This document shows, one piece after another, positions 1 to 6,562 of a stretch of 31,534 nucleotides of DNA. Position numbers and translations under genes: made by a program. Positions within the stretch are counted from its first letter, which is position 1. Each line of letters begins with the position of its first letter. Location of the stretch: positions 1-31,534 of IMG/VR virus record IMGVR_UViG_3300030333_003876. One strand, given 5' to 3'. This DNA comes from a virus. Its lineage: Duplodnaviria; Caudoviricetes. The notes beneath the pieces are model-generated. The model made no database searches. It worked only from the letters and a program-made list of their open reading frames with translations, and was not told the origin of the DNA.

Positions 1-54
1 TAACAAATACTACACAAAAGATATATATAAAGTTCCACTTGTAAATTATAAATC

Positions 55-636
55 ATGACTTTACCAGCATCAGGGGCGTTATCAATGAGCGCAATAAATA
101 CGGAACTTGGAAGAACAAGCAACACGGCTAATACAAAATTATCAGAGTTATCTGATGGTACTCATGGTACTATAAACATAACAAACTTAAATGAGAACAA
201 GTCTGATACAGCCGCGCCACATAATATAGGTGCATTTTATAAGTATGAACATAGTGTTACGTTAGGAACTACACCTGCATCTTTTAGTCAGTTTTCTAAT
301 AGTTCTCACAGTAGCGCAGGAACAATAACGGTTACACACGCAGAATATTCTACATTTTACGTGTCAGCAAAGCCTAGTTGGGTAACTATTACTTCAGGAA
401 ACTTTGGAAGTAGTTTAAAAGATACAGGAGATGGAACTGTAACATTTAGTGTTGCAGCTAATAGTGGTAGTGCTAGAAGTGGTAACATAGTGGTTAAATT
501 TGATGTAGGAACAACTGGTGGAGGAGTAGGAGATGCAAACGATGTTACTACAAGGTCTACAGCTGTAAGTCAAGCTGCTGGTTCTGGTGGTGGAGGTGGC
601 GGAGGTAGCGGCGGTGGTCGTGGTAACTCTGAATAG
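55..636 (+). CDS. Tail-fibre/adhesin-type virion protein with BACON-like Ig domain and Gly-rich C-terminus
   Basis: N-terminus MTLPASGALSMSAINTELG resembles a common phage fibre-tip N-terminal motif. The segment VSAKPSWVTIT...GDGTVTFSVAANSGSARSGNIVV fits the BACON pattern. C-terminus is a poly-Gly/Ser tail. Confidence 0.65.
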   Translation: MTLPASGALSMSAINTELGRTSNTANTKLSELSDGTHGTINITNLNENKSDTAAPHNIGAFYKYEHSVTLGTTPASFSQFSNSSHSSAGTITVTHAEYSTFYVSAKPSWVTITSGNFGSSLKDTGDGTVTFSVAANSGSARSGNIVVKFDVGTTGGGVGDANDVTTRSTAVSQAAGSGGGGGGGSGGGRGNSE

Positions 637-683
637 ACAAACATAGTTGACCTCTTAATAAAAGATATTTAATGGTTTTAGAT

Positions 684-691
684 TACTTTTG
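684..691 (+). promoter_or_regulatory. Bacteroidota-type -7 promoter element TACTTTTG
   Basis: Matches TAnnTTTG in the 637-715 intergenic gap, followed by an A/T-rich leader and AATTATG start. No clear -33 TTTG. Confidence 0.55.
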
Positions 692-715
692 TTTAAATAA
701 ATAAATTTTAAAATT

Positions 716-1087
716 ATGGCATTAGAAGGAGCATACTCTTATAAGGGAATTGACATTGCAAAAGCATATGTTAAAGTTACAAGTGTAAACTGGTCTTGCA
801 GTAGCAATCAAGTTACAAGTGAAAAAACACCTGCTAAATATAACGAAGACGGAACTGTAAAAAGTCAAGCTGTTATGGAAACTAAGTGGGTACAAAGCAC
901 TAGTGGTAACTGGCATGGCGTTGTATATAAAGATAAGGCAGCTAGAGACAGTAATCCAAGCGAATGGATTTGTAACGTTAATGGTTCTGTTGACATGGAC
1001 GTAAAAGCAAGTGCTAAAAATCCAGTTGTACAGGCATATACTGCAATGAAAGCAAACGATTCTTGGAAGGATTATAAAGACGTTTAG
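716..1087 (+). CDS. Tail-fibre-associated/assembly protein (hypothetical)
   Basis: 123-aa ORF with a good start context. The MAL..Y..KGI...AYVKV and 'QAYTAMK...W.D..DV' patterns are typical of small proteins next to phage tail fibres. Confidence 0.5.
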   Translation: MALEGAYSYKGIDIAKAYVKVTSVNWSCSSNQVTSEKTPAKYNEDGTVKSQAVMETKWVQSTSGNWHGVVYKDKAARDSNPSEWICNVNGSVDMDVKASAKNPVVQAYTAMKANDSWKDYKDV

Positions 1088-1090
1088 TAA

Positions 1091-1372
1091 ATGAACAAGT
1101 CTGAGAAAGATAACTTGAAGTTAATTGAGTATCAGGTTGAACAGATATTTATAGAAATTAAAGCAATAAAACAAAGTAACGATATTGCTCATAAAGAAGT
1201 AAAAGACGACTTGCGTTTTATTAAAAATAATTTGTTTGACCCAAAGGAAGGTTTATGGTCTGAGGTTCAAGCAAATACAGAATTTAGAAAAGACACCACT
1301 AAGTGGAGAACAGGTATTGGTTTAGGTGTTTTTGGGTTAGTTGGTAAATACGTATACGATATATTTAAGTAA
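1091..1372 (+). CDS. Coiled-coil protein with C-terminal transmembrane anchor (hypothetical; XhlA/holin-like topology)
   Basis: Heptad-like N-terminus, hydrophobic GIGLGVFGLVGKYVY C-terminus, TAATG coupling to the next gene. Confidence 0.55.
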   Translation: MNKSEKDNLKLIEYQVEQIFIEIKAIKQSNDIAHKEVKDDLRFIKNNLFDPKEGLWSEVQANTEFRKDTTKWRTGIGLGVFGLVGKYVYDIFK

Positions 1373-1665
1373 TGAAAGAAATAGAAAAACTAGGAGATAA
1401 AACTGTAGGCATAGATATTGATGGAGATTCTAAGCCAGATTTTAAGCTTGACATTAAAAGCATTTTAATTGTCGGTGGTTTTATAGTTAGTGGTACTATG
1501 GGATACAGTAATTTACAACAAGAAATAGAATTAGCTAAAGAGTTACCAGTTATTGAAAGAAAAGAAGATAAAATAGTAAATCAAAAAATAGAATTTTTAC
1601 AAAAAGAAATAGATAATTTACAAGAACAAGTAAAGGACCTAGAAGATAAAGTGTATAAAAGATGA
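1372..1665 (+). CDS. Single-TM coiled-coil protein, paralog A
   Basis: KLDIKSILIVGGFIVS TM, then coiled coil ending LEDKVYKR. Paralogous to 1994-2299. Confidence 0.75.
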   Translation: MKEIEKLGDKTVGIDIDGDSKPDFKLDIKSILIVGGFIVSGTMGYSNLQQEIELAKELPVIERKEDKIVNQKIEFLQKEIDNLQEQVKDLEDKVYKR

Positions 1666-1994
1666 AAAAATTAATATTAATTGTGTTTTTATTTTTTGGT
1701 TATGAAGGTTACAGTCAACGTGTAAGCACTAGTCAAAAAATAAGAGTTGTTCAAATAAACGCAAAGTGGAATCAACAAAACACATTAGACTTAGACAATT
1801 TAAGAGGTTGTAAATACGAGTATGCTTGGTTAGAAGAACAAGGGGACAAACTTAAAAGTCAAATTAAATCTGTTCCTGTAATTTTAATCTGGTTAGATGA
1901 TAAAAGAGTAAAAACTTATCAAGCTGGATTAGATTTTAAATTACCAATAACAAAAAACGATATACAAGAATACATAAATAAACTAAAAGAATAA
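1662..1994 (+). CDS. Exported thioredoxin-fold-like protein lacking CxxC
   Basis: Signal peptide MKKLILIVFLFFGYEGYSQ. VVQINAKWN sits at the thioredoxin 'F.A.WC' position, and IKSVPVILIWLDDKRVK matches the cis-Pro strand motif. Only one Cys. ATGA coupling. Confidence 0.6.
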   Translation: MKKLILIVFLFFGYEGYSQRVSTSQKIRVVQINAKWNQQNTLDLDNLRGCKYEYAWLEEQGDKLKSQIKSVPVILIWLDDKRVKTYQAGLDFKLPITKNDIQEYINKLKE

Positions 1995-2299
1995 TGGCAA
2001 AAATAAGCGAAGACACAGAAGTTAAATTAGACCTCAAAACAATCGGGTTATTAGTTGGTGGTGTAATATCATTAGCGAGTATGTGGTTTACTTTGCAAGG
2101 AGAAATACAAGAACTTAATAATAAAATAGACAACTTTAGCAGTGAAGAATTTGTACAAAAAATGGAGTTTCAGTTAAAAGACGAGCTTGTTAGGTCAACC
2201 ATTATACAAATAGAAAAATCAACTGACGTACTAAAAGAAGATATTTTAGACAATAAAGAATCCATAAAAGAATTAGAAGACAAAGTTTATAAAAGATGA
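1994..2299 (+). CDS. Single-TM coiled-coil protein, paralog B
   Basis: KLDLKTIGLLVGGVISLASMWF TM, then coiled coil ending LEDKVYKR. Confidence 0.75.
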   Translation: MAKISEDTEVKLDLKTIGLLVGGVISLASMWFTLQGEIQELNNKIDNFSSEEFVQKMEFQLKDELVRSTIIQIEKSTDVLKEDILDNKESIKELEDKVYKR

Positions 2300-2616
2300 T
2301 ACATCTTATTTATATTTTTTTGTTAGCATTAAACACAATTACATTCAAAGTAGACGGCTTAACATGTAGTATGTGTTCTTTAAGTGTACAAAAAAGTTTA
2401 GAAAAAATATATTTTGTAGAAAGCGTAGAGGTAGATATAGAAGAAGTTACATACGAAGTAAATTTTGTAAAAAATAATTATATTGATTTTTTTGCTTTGC
2501 AACATGCCGTAGAAGATGCGGGTTTTACAATTCAAAAAGAATCAGTAAATGTAAATACTAAAAACACAAACGAGTTTTGGCAAAATAGTAATTACATAAT
2601 ATGGAAAAATGAATAA
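2296..2616 (+). CDS. Heavy-metal-associated (HMA, CopZ/MerP-like) domain protein with hydrophobic N-terminus
   Basis: FKVDGLTCSMCSLSVQKSLEKI..VESVEVDIE...AVEDAGF matches the HMA signature GxTCxxC...GF/Y. N-terminus MIHLIYIFLLAL is hydrophobic. Confidence 0.85.
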   Translation: MIHLIYIFLLALNTITFKVDGLTCSMCSLSVQKSLEKIYFVESVEVDIEEVTYEVNFVKNNYIDFFALQHAVEDAGFTIQKESVNVNTKNTNEFWQNSNYIIWKNE

Positions 2617-2619
2617 ACA

Positions 2620-2712
2620 ATGGTGCAAGAACCTTTTTATACTTTTATATTAATATTTTGTATTGTTGTTTTTTCTGTGGCAGCGTTAAATAAAGCTTTC
2701 AAAGATGATTAA
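2620..2712 (+). CDS. Small membrane peptide (30 aa; not in ORF track)
   Basis: MVQEPFYTFILIFCIVVFSVAALNKAFKDD. Fills the gap in a tightly packed operon. Confidence 0.45.
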   Translation: MVQEPFYTFILIFCIVVFSVAALNKAFKDD

Positions 2713-2884
2713 TAAAATTTGGAACGATTTTGATGTAGAAGAAAATATACATTGGATTATTATGAGTATAGCTATATTAGGAATAGTTTTTGCTATTATA
2801 ATGAGAGAATATGGATACATGCAAAATAATAATAATGTTGTAAATTCCGAAACAGAAATTGTAGACACTTTAAATATAAAATAA
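2705..2884 (+). CDS. Small single-TM protein (59 aa; not in ORF track)
   Basis: MINKIWNDFDVEENIHWIIMSIAILGIVFAIIMREYGY... on the same strand as its neighbours, with tight packing. Confidence 0.6.
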   Translation: MINKIWNDFDVEENIHWIIMSIAILGIVFAIIMREYGYMQNNNNVVNSETEIVDTLNIK

Positions 2885-2885
2885 T

Positions 2886-3011
2886 ATGACAAAAAAAGTA
2901 AGTTGGTTATGGGGTGGTAAAAGATACTACGGTACTTTAATAAGAGAAACTAAAACACATAAGTTTGCTCGTACTCATAACAATAAAATAAAAAAGATTA
3001 AGAAAAAATAA
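2886..3011 (+). CDS. Small basic protein (41 aa; not in ORF track)
   Basis: MTKKVSWLWGGKRYYGTLIRETKTHKFARTHNNKIKKIKKK. TAATG coupling to 3011. Confidence 0.7.
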   Translation: MTKKVSWLWGGKRYYGTLIRETKTHKFARTHNNKIKKIKKK

Positions 3012-3301
3012 TGTCTGGAAAAAAGAAAAGAGGAGACAGGCGTTTAGCACGTGCTGGTGTGTCTGGGTATAATAAACCTAAAAGAACTCCTAACCATCCT
3101 AGAAAATCACATGTTGTAGTTGCTAAAGTGGGCAACAGAATAAAACTTATTAGGTTCGGTCAGCAAGGAGTAACTACAGCAGGTAAAAAAACAGATGCTA
3201 AATCTAATGCTAGACGTAGAAGTTTTAAAGCTAGACATGCTAAAAATATTAAAAAAGGCAAATTGTCTGCTGCTTATTGGGCAAATAAAGTTAAATGGTA
3301 G
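3011..3301 (+). CDS. Basic phage protein (DUF6321-like)
   Basis: KPKRTP.HP.KSHVV.AK.G...KLIRFGQQG...RR.SFKARH...KLSAAYWANKVKW is a pattern I recall from a widespread phage family. Confidence 0.65.
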   Translation: MSGKKKRGDRRLARAGVSGYNKPKRTPNHPRKSHVVVAKVGNRIKLIRFGQQGVTTAGKKTDAKSNARRRSFKARHAKNIKKGKLSAAYWANKVKW

Positions 3302-3387
3302 AAGAGTCTTTAGTTATATTTTTATTTATGAATTTATTTATGATTATGATATATGTGTTTTTGACTCGTTATAAAGTAAAAAAATGA
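3295..3387 (+). CDS. Small membrane peptide (30 aa; not in ORF track)
   Basis: MVEESLVIFLFMNLFMIMIYVFLTRYKVKK. Overlaps the upstream stop and is ATGA-coupled to 3384. Confidence 0.5.
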   Translation: MVEESLVIFLFMNLFMIMIYVFLTRYKVKK

Positions 3388-3848
3388 CAGACGAACAAAG
3401 AGATAAAGGTAGGGCAATTACATTAGCGTTATTGGTTATGATGATGCTAATAGGTATGTGTTCCAGTTGCTCTAATTCACTTTACAGAAGTAATCAAATT
3501 AAAGTTACGCATGTATTAGCTCTAACTGAACTAGGTGATACTGTAAAAATAGCCATGAGAGACATACAACCTACAAAAATTTATAACGTTGTAGGTTATG
3601 ATTTTGTAAGAGGATATAATAATCCTTATTATAACCCATGGAGACAATACCATATATATGATAATTATTACAGATATTATGGTAATGCTGTAGGCACAAA
3701 TGGCGCTATTCATATAAACAGAACACCAAATTGGACACCACCAGTAGTAAACAATAATGGTAGCAATACAACAGGAGGTAATGGTGCTCCAATAGCCAGT
3801 AATCCCGTTACTTCAGGTGGAGGTAGTTCTAGGGGTAAAAATAATTAA
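3384..3848 (+). CDS. Putative lipoprotein with Tyr/Asn-rich middle and Gly/Asn/Pro-rich tail
   Basis: Hydrophobic ITLALLVMMMLIGM followed by CSSC (lipobox-like Cys). Low-complexity C-terminus. Confidence 0.55.
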   Translation: MTDEQRDKGRAITLALLVMMMLIGMCSSCSNSLYRSNQIKVTHVLALTELGDTVKIAMRDIQPTKIYNVVGYDFVRGYNNPYYNPWRQYHIYDNYYRYYGNAVGTNGAIHINRTPNWTPPVVNNNGSNTTGGNGAPIASNPVTSGGGSSRGKNN

Positions 3849-3986
3849 ATGAGAAAATTTACTGCATTTTCTTACAAACCAAAAAAAGTTGTAAAAAGAA
3901 AAGGAATACATTCTAAAAACTTAAGCAGGGGAAAACATCCTGCTAATCGTCAATATAAAAAACCCTACAATCGTCAAGGAAGGTAA
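3849..3986 (+). CDS. Small basic protein (45 aa; not in ORF track)
   Basis: MRKFTAFSYKPKKVVKRKGIHSKNLSRGKHPANRQYKKPYNRQGR. The KK.Y..QGR ending recurs in small phage proteins. Confidence 0.7.
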   Translation: MRKFTAFSYKPKKVVKRKGIHSKNLSRGKHPANRQYKKPYNRQGR

Positions 3987-4034
3987 GTAAACAGGGTTAA
4001 TACTTAATAGCAAGGATTTATCAAATACTCTGAG

Positions 4035-4042
4035 TAAATTTG
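4035..4042 (+). promoter_or_regulatory. Bacteroidota-type -7 promoter element TAAATTTG
   Basis: Consensus match in the intergenic gap, 16 nt before the ATG at 4059, which heads the tail operon. Confidence 0.6.
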
Positions 4043-4058
4043 TTAAAACAATTAAATT

Positions 4059-4445
4059 ATGTTAGAAAATAAAAAAATGAAAGTAATAGACATTCAGGCT
4101 CTAGGTTTAGCTTTAATGTCATTCAATAAAAGTGCTGAAGAGCACGGAGTAAGTGCAAAATTAGGTTATAAAATGGCTCGTTTTGCTGACAGTGTTGCTA
4201 AAGTTTCAGAAACTATAGAGGCTCAGAAACAAGCAATATTTAAAAAACACGGTACAGAAAAGGAAGAGGGTAGAGTTGAAATTCCTAAAAAAAACATGGA
4301 AAAATTCAACAAAGAAATGACCGAGCTTTTTAATCAAGAGGATACTGTTAAGGTCCTAAGTGAGAAGATTAAATTAGATGAATTTGGAGATATTAAATTA
4401 CCTCCAAGTTTTATGAACACATTTAAAGAGTATATAGAAGAATAA
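4059..4445 (+). CDS. Hypothetical helical protein (DUF1617-like)
   Basis: The K.GYK.AR....V....E..E..K..IF.K.G...G...I......F..EM.EL pattern resembles DUF1617-type phage proteins. Confidence 0.5.
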   Translation: MLENKKMKVIDIQALGLALMSFNKSAEEHGVSAKLGYKMARFADSVAKVSETIEAQKQAIFKKHGTEKEEGRVEIPKKNMEKFNKEMTELFNQEDTVKVLSEKIKLDEFGDIKLPPSFMNTFKEYIEE

Positions 4446-5132
4446 ATGGCGATTAAGATTGATGAATTACATGATTTTATACGAGGTACCATTAAAAAAA
4501 ATTATGGTGGTTTTGTATCTCCTGTAGATATAGACAGAGCTATAAACAGGGCTTCGTTTGATTTATTTGATTCATTGGTTGAAAGTTATAAGAAAACAGA
4601 AGAGTTTGATTATGACCATTTATTTTTAAAAAGAACAGACATATCAATAGCCACATCAGACAATGGTGTGGCATCATTGCCCTCTGATTATTCTGTAGGT
4701 GTCGGTTTTTACTATAAAGACAGTAGTAATAATTTATATGAAGGTAATCTTCTTAAATGGGATACTTTTATGGATAGAAACCGCTCATCTATATCCCCAC
4801 CCGTAATTAACACATCTACAGCTGAATACCGACCTATTGGAACAATATATGATAAAAAAGTAGAGTTTGCTCCAAGACCATCGTCTGGAACTCACAACTT
4901 TGTATTAGTGTATTTTAAAGAGCCTAAAGAAGGTGTTTATGGATACACAGAATCAAGCGGTGTTATAACAGTTAACAGAGGTACTTGTGTAGATTTAGAC
5001 TGGGATAAACGTTCCTTTTCAGACATAGCAAACAGAGCATTAACTTATTTAGGTTTTCCTATAAAAGACGCTGAAATAATGCAATTAGAAAGTGTAGTAG
5101 ATTCAAACCAAATAAGAGATGTCAACAACTAA
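4446..5132 (+). CDS. Tail tubular/ring (adaptor) protein, crAss-like
   Basis: N-terminal GGFVSP.DIDRAINRA..DLF, internal 'SLPSDY' and C-terminal 'VYFKEP' fit P22 gp4-like/crAss ring proteins. First of three similar-sized genes before the stabilisation protein. Confidence 0.65.
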   Translation: MAIKIDELHDFIRGTIKKNYGGFVSPVDIDRAINRASFDLFDSLVESYKKTEEFDYDHLFLKRTDISIATSDNGVASLPSDYSVGVGFYYKDSSNNLYEGNLLKWDTFMDRNRSSISPPVINTSTAEYRPIGTIYDKKVEFAPRPSSGTHNFVLVYFKEPKEGVYGYTESSGVITVNRGTCVDLDWDKRSFSDIANRALTYLGFPIKDAEIMQLESVVDSNQIRDVNN

Positions 5133-5826
5133 GAAAAAAATAGCAGAACAAATACAGCGTAATTACGCTAGGTATCTAGATAAAGAAAATATTGTAGGTA
5201 CTAAAGAATCATTAGATTCTAGAGAATTGCATTTAATGATAGAACAGTCTATCAATAAAATTCTTAAAGTACAAACATTTGAAAGGTTTCAAGAAGGATA
5301 CGTTGATATACCTAGATGCAATATAGTAAAATATTCAAATCAAACCGTAACAGCTGACAGTGCTGGAGGAGCTTCTAACAGTAGAGCTTCTGTTAACTTA
5401 CCTGCAATTCCTTTAAGTTTACCTATGGACATGGGAGTTTGGGCTATTACAAAATATAATGACATGACAACCACATACATACCTATGCCGTCTGAAAATA
5501 TGGGGGTTATGGATGTTGCTTTTTCATCACTAAACACACAAAGTGGAGGAATTAACGCATCGTATCTTGAACAACAAGTAGGGTATTATGTAGAGGGTAA
5601 ATCTATTTATTTTACAAGAGATATAACACAGTCTGCTTATGGTTCTGTATCAGCTGTAGATTTATACTTATTAGTTTCTGATATGTCTAAATTTACCGAC
5701 ACAGAGTTGTTACCAATAAACCCAGAGGTAGAAGCACAAATAATAGACGATGTTTTAATAAGAATAAACAATGGAAGAATTTCACAATTAGAATTAAATA
5801 CGAAACATGAAAACGATAACGCTTGA
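5119..5826 (+). CDS. Tail ring/structural protein
   Basis: 235-aa ORF in the ring-protein cluster, with VNLPAIPLSLP and YYVEGKSIYF motifs and overlapping coupling. Confidence 0.55.
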   Translation: MSTTKKKIAEQIQRNYARYLDKENIVGTKESLDSRELHLMIEQSINKILKVQTFERFQEGYVDIPRCNIVKYSNQTVTADSAGGASNSRASVNLPAIPLSLPMDMGVWAITKYNDMTTTYIPMPSENMGVMDVAFSSLNTQSGGINASYLEQQVGYYVEGKSIYFTRDITQSAYGSVSAVDLYLLVSDMSKFTDTELLPINPEVEAQIIDDVLIRINNGRISQLELNTKHENDNA

Positions 5827-6562
5827 CCATATAGTTAGAAATAGCCTTTTAGAAGCGCAACTTCCTTTACATTACTACGTAAGGTTTTTGCATTATGGCA
5901 TAAGACAACTAGAAGAATTAAATTACGATAATCCTATAAATGTTAAAAGGTCAGCTTTAACTGTAACATCATACAAAAGAGCAGTTTTACCTTCTGATTG
6001 CGTAGACGTTGTAGAGGTTTATTTAAAATATGGTGAACATGTGTTGCCTTTGTCACAAGACCCTAACTTAAACACAACACAAAAATATGACGCTAACGGT
6101 AATAAAGTTGCGTATTCTGACCCTAGTACAACGACATATGACACCTTACTTGTATTTAATGCAACAAGCCCTTATGGTTTTACAAATGACCATGGAGAAC
6201 ATACGGGTAGGCATTACGGTTCTATACCAACACAAAAACAATCTTATGTATTGGATTATGCAAATAGTGAGTTAGTATTTGACAACGCTGTTGACGTAAC
6301 TGAAATAACAATCACATATGTAAGTAATGGAGTTTCTACCTCAGCTGCTAATGTTGTACACCCTTATGCGCAAGACACAATAGAAAAATATATTCACTAT
6401 TGCAGATTTAAAAACTCTAGGTCTGCTTTAAACAAAGTAGCTTTAGCAAAACAAGAATATATAAATGCAAAAAGAAAATTAAAATCAAGATTGAACGCTA
6501 TTACTTATGCTGATGTGTTGAGAATAATGAGACAAGGCGTTCATGGCTCAATTAAAAATTAA
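5807..6562 (+). CDS. Tail ring/structural protein, crAss-like
   Basis: G.RQLEELNYD...K...L.V......VLPSDCVDV and ITITYVSNG...VHPYAQDTIEKYI...AKRKLK fit the ring protein that precedes the muzzle gene. Confidence 0.65.
   Translation: MKTITLDHIVRNSLLEAQLPLHYYVRFLHYGIRQLEELNYDNPINVKRSALTVTSYKRAVLPSDCVDVVEVYLKYGEHVLPLSQDPNLNTTQKYDANGNKVAYSDPSTTTYDTLLVFNATSPYGFTNDHGEHTGRHYGSIPTQKQSYVLDYANSELVFDNAVDVTEITITYVSNGVSTSAANVVHPYAQDTIEKYIHYCRFKNSRSALNKVALAKQEYINAKRKLKSRLNAITYADVLRIMRQGVHGSIKN

Larger units (their letters stand above)
1640..2299 (+). repeat. 26-nt imperfect direct repeat (1640-1665 and 2274-2299) at the ends of the two paralogs
   Basis: tagaagataaagtgtataaaagatga vs tagaagacaaagtttataaaagatga, 24/26 identical. 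Each copy includes the ATGA stop/start overlap. Confidence 0.9.

Noticed and set aside
584-625. GGN-rich tract as a G-quadruplex or contingency repeat
   Set aside because: It is explained by poly-Gly coding with mixed synonymous codons.
1640-2299. DGR template/variable repeat pair
   Set aside because: The repeat is only 26 nt, the mismatches are T/C and G/T rather than adenine-specific, and no reverse transcriptase lies in the window.
6087-6275. 62-aa + strand overlapping ORF
   Set aside because: The Met/Leu/Ile/Gln-rich composition is typical of a +1 shadow frame, and I see no obvious host-frame codon shift, unlike 18103-18240.
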